Positions 14,138 to 26,999 of a DNA stretch of 64,000 nt are shown one piece after another. The stretch is from Lingula anatina. Taxonomy: Eukaryota; Animalia; Brachiopoda. Each line of letters begins with the position of its first letter. The first letter of the stretch is position 1. The notes beneath the pieces were generated by a model. The model worked only from the letters and a program-made list of their open reading frames with translations, was not told the origin of the DNA and did no database searches. The translations under genes were made by a program, and so were the position numbers. Where the stretch lies: the NCBI GenBank assembly GCA_051362555.1, contig CM120640.1:60366788-60430787 (forward strand), in the 5' to 3' direction.

Positions 14138-15539
14138 ATTGTAGGCCTAACCTTGTTCATTTTAGTCGACAGACTAAGCTAGAAGAAAGAAAAGTTCATT
14201 ATCGCCTCTCTTTACTTAGGAACAATAAGGATGGCTAGTGGCAGCATTTATAAGTTCTTTTATTTAGAAACTTTCCGATCCTTTGTCTGGGACTCCGTCC
14301 GAGAAACGGCGATAACGACAGAGACGTCCTCGAACATTTTGGACTCAGTGCAAATAAAAAAAAAATCCGTTAAGAAGTAGCCTTTAAATGTCCTGGCAAA
14401 TAATTTTGCGATAATCATTCTTGTCGTTCAAGAATGAATGACAAGCAACGACATTAGGGTTAATAATAGACTAAAAACTATCAGAGTGTAGACCTGTCTT
14501 ACTTCATTTCTAAGGCCATCTTGTGATACGAGTCATGCTACACTACAAAAGAGGGGGTAGCAGTGGATGATTTAATACAGGGATACCATCGATAGTATAT
14601 CAATAGAAAATCGCAATCCTCAAATGTTTTTTAATTCATTAAATATAAACGGTCTTTTCTCGTACAATGGGTCTGGTATAGTTGTATTGGCCTATCAGTT
14701 GGAAACACGTGGTTCGTCTACAATTGCAAATGGCGGAGGTGCCGTGGTAGTTATTGTCGTAAAATTAGCTGGATACGGTGCACGTGAGAAAATTATTCAT
14801 TAAATTTAGTTTTCGAGCGTCAGCTTAATCTGGTAAAATGCGAGACGAAAAAAATGATAGATAGAGCCTTATGACCCACTGTAGAATGATGCCGAATAAT
14901 ACATCAACGACGTAGTTTATCGGCAGATAAACTAGTTTCCATTCTCGGCTGACTGAGGAAAGGTTTGAGAGAGCATTTAAAGAAGAGGCGGTCGAACCAA
15001 TAGTGAGTAGGAAGTGTGCTGCAATCAAGACGAACAATACCGATCATAAATGGACAGCTAATAACCCCTAATTAACCCCGGGTTACGCGCTGCTGTGTTG
15101 ACTCCTTGCTGGGAAGGGGTAGCGGCCTCCTACTGCTGTGCGTAATCAAACATTGTCTTCTAACATGCGGCTACACGACGGTTGCATTGTATTAATAAAG
15201 TAATACCTATTCATAAGGAAGGGGGCGGATGGTAATCTTACGAGAATTAAATCAGTTATCGATCATACGCGTACCAATAGTCGTGTTTTTTTTCAGCTAT
15301 ACGGTAATTTGAAAACGATTGTGTACTAAGGAAAATGGCTATCCTCATACACTAGCTACAAAAGTTAGACATGCAAACAGAGAGATTCTGTATAGCCTAA
15401 GGAATTGGTTCAGCTCGGCAGCAACAGCTACTTCAATATACACAGGTTTACTGCTCAGACACGACTGAGTGATAGAATAATTCCAGGCGTTTTAACTTTA
15501 AAAAAAAAAAAAGGATTTTCCCATGGGTGATCAGGCACA

Positions 15540-18450
15540 GACAGAAAATCATCATATGCCTATGTAGGGATTTTGCCTGAACCAGCTGACAATAAGGACA
15601 TTATCATAGTTTGTCTTAATATCATACATAGTATGCTGAAGGTTGGCACTGAACTAAAGCGTGTTATAGTTGCAGGTGATGGGAAAACCCACGTGCCTGG
15701 TTCAGATTAAGAAAGAGTATGGGTCTGATATGGATTGGATGCTGGCTTACTTAAGTTGTACTCTGTTACACGTTGTTGCCACTGACGATGTGCAGCGACG
15801 TGCGGGGCTGATGACATTGCTCACCCATGGACTGGTGAGGGTGTGACGCTCTCGGCATTGTTTGGATGTTGGAGTTTTTTGTGTTGGTTTGATGTCTGTG
15901 AGCAGGGATTATTTGTTACCTACAATTATTCTGTTTTAAAGTAAGTGTAATTTGCTGCTTTATTCCCAAACGTTCTTTTAAACAATATCTGACGTTCTTG
16001 TAGCTTCTTATTACTTATTATGATTCTTTGTTGCTTCTTACAGGTATCTCTAGAAGCCTTATTTTTATCTCCTAAGAATAAATATATTCGTAAAACCCAA
16101 GTATTGTTTATTGCCTGCTTACAAAGTGAACTATATCTCTTAACGAATACTCAGACACCCCTTATGAAAGTGTATTTAGATGCAGGTTTTAGAGAATTGC
16201 CAGAGAACATCACCATGGAACAACATACACTGTGGTAGGGGAATATAAGGGCTTACTTTCTGCTACAGTATTACGAAGCACTATAGAAAGTTGTTGAAAG
16301 TTTCTTTTAGGCCATCAGGACAGGGTTATATCAAGCGATAGCTGCCTGTTATATTCTAAAGACATAAAGATTCTAATTGAGGCTGTCAGGTTCTTTTAGA
16401 AAATGTTGAAAGTGGCCAGATGTCTAGTGATGGCATGTTGCAGCTTAGTTCTAGGTTACAAGAACTTGAAAATGACTTTCACCAGTGGTGTGCTGAAATG
16501 TCATTAAAGGGCAAAGCATTTAGTTTTGGTATTCTTTTCAAACAGAACAGATGGTGCCTTATGTACTTGACTGTCAGAAAAAGAGATTGGGTGAGAATGC
16601 TTGTATGTGTCAATTGGTACCACTGTACCATGCTTTGGATAGTGCTTTGTATTTGAAGTTGATGCCTCATCATTTTTCAGATTTGAAGGAGTTTCCTGAA
16701 AATGTATTAGGATATTTTTTAAAAGGAGGGTTTGCTGTTAATCTGGTGATAACCATCACAGTATTGGTTTTGATGAAGCTCATGAGATGGTCATAAACAA
16801 AAATGTGAAACAGGCAATGGTGTCTATACAAAGAGTAAAGACTAAGCCCATCTTTATTTTTATCTTCCCTACAGGACTACAGTTCTAGAAAATCTTGACA
16901 CACAAAGTTCTGTACTAGGTCAGATTAGTCCAGCAAGTAAAAATATTCCTAATTATAAGTCCGATGAGGAAGAAGAAAAAATGGTGCGTTCATACTTTCA
17001 GAAACTCCATGAATCAAGTGTATTTAGTTAATGTCCAGAGACTGATAGCCTCCGTCATATTTTTGCTGATGTAATTGCATCAGTTGAAGCTACAATGGAT
17101 CTGTTATCATTTTGTACCATGGGGAAACCAATTTTTAGACTTATACTCTGAGTATTAGTTCAAGAGCTGTCTTTTCATCAAGGCAAAGGAATTTGAGGGC
17201 ATTTGCTGTTAATAAAGTGACTGTTTCAAAGCAAAAACAGGAGATTAGGGACCAGAATTTAGTAATTGCAAGTCTAAAGCATTAGATTGCTCATTCAAAG
17301 TCAACTCAGAAGCCATTGGAGTCTTTGAACCAGCTTATTTCCCTTCCCAGGGCTCTGTGTTCTGCTGATGGCCTGCCACAGGAAGTTTCTAAGGCTGTTG
17401 TGTTCAAAGTGTATGGTGCTCATTATGGTCCAGTTTTTATGCCTAGTTTGCCCGATAGTTTAATAAGTTCCAAAGATGCATGTTTTATGACTGATGGTAT
17501 GTTCCCACTTAACACTGTGTCTCTGTCTGGTATAACCACATTTGGTGAATATACCTTGTCGTTTTTAGAGTTAAAGTTGTTGAGCCATATTTCCAAAAAC
17601 AGCTTGCTAAGGAAGTACCTTGTGTTTGATGATCTAAAGAGGGAAAGTCCCAAAGAAATTGAAAGGAAAAGAAGAGATGGTGAAAAAGGTACCACTGTAC
17701 CATGCTTTGGATAGTGCTTTTGAAGTTGATGCCTCATCTGTTCCAGATGTTGAAATAATATCTGAGAAGGTTAGAATTCCAGGAAATTGGAAGCAGTTTC
17801 CTTATAATTGTACCAATAAGAGGAAGTTAGCCACACAGTTTACAGAAATTGTTCCTGGGATTATCAGTGGTTTACACAGATTTATTATGAGTGGGGGTTT
17901 TGAAAGAGATCTGAGAGATAAGTGTTTGTCTGTTGATGTCAGTGGGTTCAGTAGTACTGAAAATCCATCTGCAAATCACAAGGAGGCCAATACTCATGTT
18001 TTTCTTCATGCTGCACGTTCTCAATGCACGGACATCTGCATTTATAGTCCAGATAGAGACATTCTCCATGTTGGGTTGCCTTTAATTTGTGTGATTGACA
18101 AGCACATCATAGCTCAGCTGAGTGCCAAGCCTACTAGCACTGAGTATGTTGATTTAAACATGTATAAGGAAAGGTTTTGGCATCAGTAGGCAGTTTCTCA
18201 AGTGAGGTAGAGATTGGGCTTTAGCCATGCAAGTTTTGTATGTCTGCAGTGGGTGTGGTTTTGTTTCATATTTCAGGCACATGGCAAGAAGTCATTCATT
18301 GGTGTATTTTATAAAAATGTTTATTTTATTTTGGGTTATAGGGAAGCTTGTGTGATGTTCAGGAGGACAATTTTCTGTTAGGTTTTCCCGCATTTCAGCA
18401 GTTGTCTGGGAGTGTGTACTTTCATTCACATGGCTCGATCTGCTTTCTGG
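15540..18450 (+). pseudogene. Decayed Academ-type transposase with XPG/PIN-like nuclease region
   Basis: Motifs in expected order: VIVAGDGKT, YGSDMDWML, LMKVYLDAG, FLKGGFAV, QLISLPRALCSADGLP, DGMFPLN, LVFD...SPKEIERKRRD, HKEANTHVFLHA, IYSPDRDI, and LYVCSGC. Many stops and frameshifts. Confidence 0.7.
15763..16145. mobile_element. Insertion interrupting the Academ ORF, possibly a solo LTR
   Basis: Non-coding block starting TGTTACA with an internal AATAAA, lying between two consecutive Academ motifs. The right end is not a perfect ACA and no TSD is visible. Confidence 0.35.
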
Positions 18451-18589
18451 AGCCTAGGTCACCAAAGGATTTTTTTCTTTTTATTTTCTTCTTTTCTTCT
18501 TTTTATAATTCTACAGAAATAGAGACATTTTTTGCTATGTTTAATAACTAAATGAAATCTGTTTGGCAAAGATAATGTAGCTACTACTG

Positions 18590-19735
18590 AAAAAATATTA
18601 TGGCAGAGAAAGAATACACATCGGAGTGTTTTGTTCACTCAGAGATGGCATTTAAATAGGAAGAAACTCTCCAGCCTTTAAGTGAAGCTCGGTGGCAGAC
18701 GCTGAGGGCTGCTTCGGAAAAATGGCTTATGCTCTATGGAGGAAGAAAGGATATAGCAGAGCGTGTGAGTATATATTTATGCTTGCTGTCTTAGAAAAAG
18801 TAAACATCACAACCTTGTTTTTGTAACATGAACAGTATAAAGTGATTGGTTTATTTATAGTTATTAAAGATATTTCATTTCTGGGGGGGGGGGGTTGATC
18901 TCATAGGAATATCAGGATTTGCTTCCTTGGTGTCAGTAAAGTGCTACAAACAAATGGACATTGACCCCATGTAGTCAAGACCCTGGGAATAGCTTCAAAA
19001 GCATGAGTGTCATAACCTCTAGCTGTCTCTACACCTTAAGGAAAATGCAATTTTACTTACTTATTTAGACCCATCTTTTTTTTCCTTTTTTTCGGATAAG
19101 GAAATTTATGTAAAGACTATTTTAAAGTTAAAATAAATATGTCACTTTTACTGTTTAGTATCACTTTCTTTTAGATAAATCCGATTTTGCAGAGTAGCTC
19201 TGTTAGTGGCCAGTTATATCATGCGTCTTACAATCGATACTTCACAGATAAATTCAAGATGGAGCAAGCAAAAAGAGAGAAAGATAGAGTAAAAATTTCT
19301 TTCTCATACAGGGATTCCTAAAAACTACATGCAGTAATGATGCATAGTATAATTTACGCATATATTGAATGTTTGTGTATCTGCATATGTGGCTCAGAAA
19401 TCCATATAACAGGTTTAATTTTACATAGTCAGTTAGCAACATTTACAAATACTAATGCAGCAGAAAACATTTAAAGAATATACTTTGTATTGCTGTTTGT
19501 CACATGTACATTTGTCACATCTTTCAGGGGGCAGTCCATGTGGAGAAACTTCGCACAGATGAAGAAACAACAGAACCTCCTCCTAAGAAATTACGCTCTC
19601 TCTCTCCAGCTTTTACTGGTTCAAGGCATTTTTGGCCAGATATAAGCATTACATGTAAGAAAAAGGACAAGTGGATTAAGGTGAAAAATCACAGGGAGAG
19701 AGACAAGCTGATACAAGCAGAAACTCTACCTGCAG
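18590..19735 (+). pseudogene. Spliced N-terminal exons of a second, probably Academ-type, transposase
   Basis: Exon-like pieces LYHASYNRYFTDK and KKLRSLSP...ITCKKK...LIQAETL bounded by AG/GT sites; resemble N-termini of this family. Confidence 0.45.
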
Positions 19736-20015
19736 GTATGTATATACAAATAAGTATAGTGAAACCATAAAGCCTACATGTGCATTATTAATGGTCTTGA
19801 TAATATTACACGATGCTTAGTTATCTTGGTAACTTGAGTTTTGGTGACTTTTTGGAAAATAAATTTTCACTATGATAGCAAATATCAAAATTGGGTTCAA
19901 ATATTTCACAATTTTATGTGAAATCTCATGTGAGCGATTATTCAGTTTACATTATAAACCAAGGAATTATACTAGTGCTCTACGCCAGTATGATGTAACC
20001 TGTATATGTTTTTAA

Positions 20016-20430
20016 TGTAAATCCAGTCGGATTGTGCATGACCTATACTAGCACTGACACCTGGTGAGCAAGTTTTCTCATTTGCATATGAATAAAGGTC
20101 AAGTGCTGAGTGAGCACTTGAAGTTTGGGATTCGAACAAGCAAGACGTTGTTCTTTCCTTCTTGTCATGGTGGCAACGATTTTTAAAAACTCGTAACTTC
20201 TTATGTCAAAAATACATCTTAAGTGGAAAATTCATTTGATAATGGCTAGTGCAAGTTCACTCAAGTCCCAAAGCAGTGGGTACTAACAAAGACTGAAACG
20301 ATAGGATCATTCGAGAAATGGAAACAAAATCTTGAATTTCTCCTCTCTCAAGACACAGCCTTTTCAAGCCTTTTACCAAGTACAGTATCATGGTTAAAGA
20401 AGACAAAACAAGCTCCTCTCCGGATATTTG
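20016..20430 (+). mobile_element. Gypsy-like 5' LTR (20016-20167), PBS and start of gag
   Basis: TGT...CA block with AATAAA, followed immediately by TGGTGGCAACG (tRNA-Leu-like PBS), then PKQWVLTKTETIGSFEKWKQNLEFLLSQD. Confidence 0.6.
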
Positions 20431-21025
20431 TCGACAGGACCACCCACAATTCTAATGGCATTATGATTCAAAATGGGCAGCTCAGTCGTTGCCAAAAAGA
20501 AAGTCTTTGCGATTACAAGAGACAATCCTGTATGAATACCACCAAACAAAGAAGCTAGGCCCGGTTTAAATCAATTCTTGACTCTTTACCCGAAGAACAT
20601 GTTGCCAATTACTACAATGACATGTCAACAGAAATGTCTTTCATATATCCAAAGCATACCCTGATAGAATTGATTAGATCTCCTCGTTTCAGTGATCTAG
20701 TCAATGACTACGAAGAGTACATCAATACAGCAAAAGCTACAAACCCTACCTTTGCCCTCTGGTCATCATACATAGATATGGTGCAGCTGTTCCTTGCATT
20801 CATAAGAGCTACACGAGAGTCCAACTGGAGATTGCACCTTGCTTCCATTAGGATGATGATCCCATGGTTTTTCAGTTATGACAGAGTCAACTGGGTAGAA
20901 ATGGTGAATTTGCTCATTACCCACCCTGATTCACATGAAGATCTCACTGCACCAGGAAACTGGACAGTGCAACGCCAAGAGAAGTATGGTTTCTCTGCCA
21001 CTGCCTGTGACCAGGCCATTGAATA
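20430..21025 (+). pseudogene. Academ-type transposase internal fragment
   Basis: NPTFALWSSYIDMVQLFLAFIRATRESNWRLHLASIRMMIPWFFSYDRVN...WTVQRQ...FSATACDQAIE; the usual NYARY segment is deleted. Confidence 0.75.
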
Positions 21026-21530
21026 TGGGAAGAGAAGCAGTGAAAATTTACGATTCTTTTACGTGGGTGAATGATGATGAAAAGTATGATTTAGAAGGAG
21101 TTTTCACGAAGTTTGACCAACATTTTGGAGTACACAGTCTAAGAAATGTGAAGAGACAAGAGTTCCTGAACTCAAAAAGAGGTAACATGACAGTTATGGA
21201 TTTTATCGCTACTTTAAAGAGGAAAGCAGAATATTGTCAGTATGGTGAAGAAAAGGAAGGATTCATATGTGACATGATAATCAATGGGGTAAATTATTCA
21301 AAATTGTCAGAGAAACTTATGGAAATTCCACCTGCTGAGCTTAACCTGAACAAAGTTATAGAAGTTTGCAGGCAAGTAGAACTCACTGCAACCCATTTGA
21401 AGTCACTGGCCATGGGTGATGAGAATCCAAATGTTAATACAGTGCATACTCGCCGTCCTCAGGCTCATGTAAGTCATGATAGAAAAATGATCAAGCAGTG
21501 TGTATACTGCAGGAGGACACATGAAATTAG
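21025..21530 (+). pseudogene. Gypsy gag (capsid and zinc knuckle) fragment
   Basis: GREAVKIYDSF...RQEF...DFIATLKRKAEYCQYG...ICDMIINGV...LNLNKVIEVCRQVE, followed by CVYCRRTH. Confidence 0.75.
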
Positions 21531-21713
21531 GAAACAACTATTTTTTTATGGTTTTTACATATTTTTTTCTGAAGGATAAGCACATATCAACCCATTTCTG
21601 TCCTTTGGTCACACCGTTCTGTTTTGTAACTCCTGTTTTAACCATTTTTGTTTACTGTCCAATTTAGAATTGTTAAGATAGGAGGATTAAGTAAAGTTTT
21701 ATATATCTTCACA

Positions 21714-21828
21714 GATGCAGGTAGATCCAGAGCCACAGAGGCGGAACTTGACACTTCTATCAGATTGTGGCTTAAGAATGCCCATGATAGGGATGGTGGC
21801 AGAAAATTGAGGGCCATCAAAAAAGAAG
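21714..21828 (+). pseudogene. Orphan exon of a BEN/DUF4806-like transposon accessory protein
   Basis: AG/GT bounded exon ATEAELDTSIRLWLKNAHDRDGGRK (WL..A.DR.GGR motif). Confidence 0.5.
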
Positions 21829-22859
21829 GTAAATACATATTAAAATATGTTGTTATTGCCTTACATTCATAATAATCATGATAAATGTGTGAAAAAAAAT
21901 GTGCTTGAGCATGTCTCAATTGCCTTTTTTTAAGCTTAACCCCTCTTTAACAAATATATTTATATTGCATTACTGTGTATTCAGTTACAAATGACATTTC
22001 TGTAATTCTGGTATGTATATAGTTAAGTTCAAACATACCAAAATAAAATAGTATAATTGAAAATTATTCCTTTTCAGCAAGAGACGGACAGTTACCACTT
22101 GCAGAACAATGTAATAGGTCATTAGATAGTAGCACAAGTGAAGAGTCTGACTAGTTTCTCAAAAGCTCATTTGTGTGCTACCACTACAAATGTTATGAAA
22201 GGAAAACTGTTGCATATTATTTTGTAACTTGAAAGAATGGCTCAAAGAATTGACATACAGGTCAAAGTGGAAAGCCAGCTTGATTGGGTTATTACTGTAT
22301 GAAATTTTCACTTTCAATTTCTGGAATTTTCAAAGTATGAACTTGAACTTCCATGGACCTGAAGCCTTATGTTAGTTACACTTTACATCATACTTAATTA
22401 GTTCCATTCTGTTTTGCATTATTAAAATTTGATGTTGACTTTGCTGTAAATGTATTATTGCATCAGAATTGACAGTTTGCCATTTTGTGCATTAATTTTT
22501 TCTGCTTTTTGTAAATACATTTGACAGCTGTGCTGTCTTGTTGCAATTTTTTGATGAAATTTTCATATTTTTCATTCTGATATTTGTGAACTTGAACTCT
22601 CATTGGCTGAAGCCTTTGCTTTTACCTTTATCAGCATTACCAGTTGTGCATAATTAAAATTTGTAGTTAAGCATAATGTATTATTGCATCGGAATTGAAA
22701 ATATCCTTTTTGTGCATTGTGCTTTGTTGTCTTGTGTTATTATATGTGAAATAAAAGTGATAAGTGATAAACCTATCTCTGACTTGTTTCTTAATGCAAA
22801 AGGAGATAAAAGATAAATAATATTACCCTAATTAAAGATTAATTAAATGAAATAAAGAT

Positions 22860-25193
22860 TAACTAGAGGATCAGAGAGGCGATACCGCCTCCGAATATTG
22901 TACCACCAGCTGGAGCAAGCGCATTCGTATAGACCCCCACATACACAAAATAAGGGACATAGCCACCAGTTTTGTGCTTGACAAGCTGTAAAAATGCAAT
23001 CAACAAGAATTTTTAAACTATTGCAAAAAAATATATATGGTACAATCAAATTTAAGTTCTTCGTAAGGTAGGTCAAGGGTCAATTTCAAGGTCACAGTAA
23101 ATTGCCAGTATATGACTTCCTATTCAAGTTCAAGAGTAACTATGGACCTATCTCTGTCAAGTTTGAAGTTAAAAGAGAAAGAAATTAGCAGAGTTCAGTT
23201 CATGATAAAAAGTAGGTCAAAGGTCAATTTCAAGGTCACATTTAGATTACCAGTATATGACTTCCTATTCAAGTTCAATAGTAACTATGGACCTATCTCT
23301 GCCAGTTTTGGAGATAAAAGGGAAGCAAAATTTGCAAAGTTCAGTTTATGGTGAAAAGTAGGTCAAAGGTCAATTTTGAGGTCACATTTAGATTGCCAGT
23401 ATATGACTTCCTATTCAAGTTCAATAGTAACTACGGACCTATCTCAGCCAGTTTTGGAGATAAAAGGAAAGCAAAATTAGCAAAATTCAGTTCATGGTGT
23501 AAAGTAGGTCAAAGGTCAATTTTAAGGTCACATTTAGATTGCCAGTATATGACTTCCTATTCAAGTTCAATAGTAACTATGGACCTATCTCTGCCAGTTT
23601 TGGAGATAAAAGGGAAGCAAATTTTGCAAAGTTCAGTTTATGGTGAAAAGTAGGTCAAAGGTCAATTTTAAGGTCACATTTAGATTGCCAGTATATGACT
23701 TCCTATTCAAGTTCAATAGTAACTATGGACCTATCTCTGCCAGTTTTGGAGATAAAAGGGAAGAAAAATTTGCAAAGTTCAGTTCATGGTGAAAAGTAGG
23801 TCAAAGGTCACTTTCAAGGTCATAGTAAGATTGCCAGTATATGACTTCCTATTCAACTTCAATAGTAACTATGGACCTATCTCTGCCAGTTTTGGAGATA
23901 AAAGGGAAGAAAAATTTGCAAAGTTCAGTTCATGGTGAAAAGTAGGTCAAAGGTCACTTTCAAGGTCATAGTAAGATTGCCAGTATATGACTTCCTATTC
24001 AACTTCAATAGTAACTATGGACCTATCTCTGCCAGTTTTGGAGATAAAAGGGAAGAAAAATTTGCAAAGTTCAGTTCATGGTGAAAAGTAGGTCAAAGGT
24101 CACTTTCAAGGTCATAGTAAGATTGCCAGTATATGACTTCCTATTCAACTTCAATAGTAACTATGGACCTATCTCTGCCAGTTTTGGAGATATAAGGGAC
24201 TAAATGTTATAATTTTGGAGTTACCATAATGTGCCTTAAATTTCGTACAGAAAAAATTAATTAAAATAAAGAAAATGTCATTTTGGTCAAAATTCTTGAA
24301 ATAGGAGGTGCTCTAAAGTTTCAGAAGTTCAAATTTGATGAAATAATGTCATTTTTGAACACAAGTTGTCTGCTTTGCCAAGCCTTATGTTTTATTTTTC
24401 CAGAGTTCAAAATTTATTATCCATTACCGTACTGCACATTTTGCTTTTACCACCAATATGTACTTTTTGATACAGCGTAACTCGAAAACCGTATGGAATA
24501 CAAAAAAACCGAGACCACCTCCAGTGTTGGGCTTTACATGCTCTACAAAATGCAAAAAAGAATGGGTCTCTAGCATTAACGGTTCCCGAATTAGAGACAG
24601 TTTTCAGTTTCGGTATCTTATGGCCGCTACTCCCGTGAAAATGCACCGATTGACCCCAAATTCATGGAGATGAAAGATGACCTGAAGGGTAACACCTTCC
24701 AATAATATTATTGGTTAAGTCTGTGTGGTGTCTGAATAACAGGGCAAAAAAAATTTTTTTCGTAAAAAATTTAATTTTTTTGAAAATTTTGGCCCATTTG
24801 ACCTTGAAGTAAAGGTCAAAGGTCAAATCCAAGGGTATATTTGAAATCTACACATATGACTTTTGGAAAGCTGTCTATAGAAATTTTTCCCATAACTCCT
24901 TCCGTAGGGTAGATAATTAGCATTTAATTTTGCCATTTTTAGACAAGGGTGCATTGCAATGAGTGCCACACCCAGACCCCAATACCGACAAAGCCCAAAT
25001 TTTACGTGGAACGAGTTGAGATTATAGGTGACCTAAATCCATGAGATGGGTACGGGGGCCCTTACCGTCTAGGAGGAGAAGCGGTAACGGTAGCCGTCCG
25101 GCGGAGCCGGCGGAGCCAACGGAGCCGGCGGAACGATCCGGACGGGACCGAAACCATGTGTACCGCCAGCGCTAACGCTGGTGGTACAATTAA
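22860..25193. mobile_element. Non-autonomous Helentron-type (HINE/pearl-like) element
   Basis: 5' AACTAGAG start with hairpin GAGGCG-ATAC-CGCCTC. Subterminal inverted repeat ATTGTACCACCAGC (~22897) / GCTGGTGGTACAAT (~25177). Central tandem array, GC-rich CGGAGCCGG short repeats, 3' palindrome GTACCGCCAGCG..CGCTGGTGGTAC, and AT-rich flanks. Confidence 0.8.
23066..24195. repeat. Tandem array of ~7.7 copies of a 146-bp unit
   Basis: TAGGTCAA recurs at 23069, 23213, 23359, 23505, 23651, 23797, 23943 and 24089. Confidence 0.97.
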
Positions 25194-25198
25194 ATGAA

Positions 25199-25382
25199 AA
25201 AAAACCCTGTAAAACAATCGGTGGCTTACCAGTGGCCTGCTGCTGGTTAGCCACCATAAGCGGCTTGCCACCGGTGGGCCACTGGCTATTAGCTGGACAT
25301 TCCACCGGTGGCCCACCGGTGGCTGCCACCGGTGGCCCACCAGTTGCACTACCGGTGGCCCACCAGTGGCATGTTATCTGGG
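25199..25382. mobile_element. Terminal fragment of a DNA transposon, EnSpm/CMC-like
   Basis: Clustered palindromic CCACCGGTGG(C) subterminal repeats ending in GTTATCTGGG (a CCCAG terminus). Confidence 0.45.
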
Positions 25383-25803
25383 ATGACTTTATTGACTATA
25401 TCAACATTCAGTATATAAGTAATGTAGTTTTTTTTTAATTTCTCATTTTTTTTTCTGTTCTTGTAGTTTAGATTTAAAGCACTTGAGTACAGTTTATATG
25501 TTTAAAAAAAAAAAAAAAGGAAAGAAAGAAAAGGGGATGCAATGTATGGTAAAAAAAAGGAAAGCACTAGGTGCCGATGTGAATAAAGGGAACTGGTTAA
25601 AGGTGCATGGCCTCCATTTTATCTTTGTCTTAACGGAGACATTACACTAAGGTACACAACTTGATAACTGTATATTGTATTTTTCTGTACTGTATGGATC
25701 GTTATTCAATACTGAATAGGCATATGTATGTTTTTAGGAAATTATAATACAAGTTTATGGTTGCACTCTTTAATTAAGTCATTTTTTTGCTTTTCTTAAT
25801 TAG

Positions 25804-26030
25804 GTGAATCCAGCTTCTGTAACTCGGAAATTTAATGGAGACTGGAAAAAAACTTACCCTTGGGTAGAGCTGAAAGAAGGGGAAGCTGAAGGGGGGGATG
25901 GTTTGCACCCTTTGCTCTAAAGCAGAAAAAAAAAAAAAGAAACATCTATACATCTGAGAATGGATGCAAAAACTTTAGAATAAGCTCTTTAAAGGAACAC
26001 TCACTAACAGTGGACCACCGCACCAAACCA
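25804..26030 (+). pseudogene. TTF-type zinc finger exon of a ZNF862-like hAT transposase
   Basis: RKFNGDWKKTYPWVELKEG...MVCTLCSK...NGCKNFRISSLKEH, frameshifted at homopolymers. Confidence 0.65.
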
Positions 26031-26999
26031 TTTATGCTTGATCTGTCCCATTCACACAGCAGGATGTGATAGAGGCTTTTCTTGACAGAACATCATCTAA
26101 AGTCCTTTAAGAAACGAACTTCTACCCGAAAATCAAGACAAATTAATCAGAATAAGTGTTAGGCTGCATTCACATGCAATGTCTATTTTCTAAATTCTAT
26201 TTTCTATTCGCGGTATGTCTTATGATCACGGTATGTGCCCTGAATATCCCGCGGCGTAATTACTGGCAGCGCGAGCCAGTTACTATAAGTAAAACCAAAA
26301 CCCTGGATACTAAAATTTGCATTTGAGCTGTGTCATGTTCTGTCCTCCAATATCTGGCATTTATGGGATGAGATATTTTTGCTAAAAATGTTACTTTCAA
26401 AAAGGCCAAATTATTGTCAGAAAATATAGAAAATGAGCTATATAGAAGCATACATGAAGGCATTCATAGGGATGCATCTAGGGGGGACCCCATCTAGGCA
26501 GCCTTGCACCATAAGCTCCTATTTTTAAAAACTACCACAAAAATCATTTAACTGCACCCTCAATTTCCCCAGAGATCAATCACAAGGACCCTGCCCCCCA
26601 CCCTTGACACATACTTGTCAGAAGTGACGCAAATAAATTCCTTGGTGCAGGCCCAGTGGTGCACAAAAATTCCTAGTTTGGGATCCATGGAATTTGTCCT
26701 ACACCTGTATTGAACAGACAACACTATCCACTTAATTTTGTTATGAGGTGACACTATATTACCTGTATTGAACAGACAACACTATCCACTTGTTTTTGTT
26801 AGGAGTCGACACAATATTTTATTTAAAATCACAGACTCTGAATCACCAAATATTTGCCAGCAATAAACAGCTACAATATCAGAGGCTAGATGTTTTCCTT
26901 CTGTGGAGATTGACCTAGAAAACCGTACAAAATCAACTGAGTTGGGCCGACTGTTTTGTCACATGCTACCCCCCACCACCATGCCACCAAAACGAATGA

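Noticed and set aside
23066-24195. Regular repeat array as a CRISPR, or ORFs 23112-23653 as genes
   Set aside because: Units are contiguous with no unique spacers, the context is eukaryotic, and the ORFs are just translations of the satellite.
25062-25438. GC-rich ORFs on both strands
   Set aside because: Translations of palindromic subterminal repeats.
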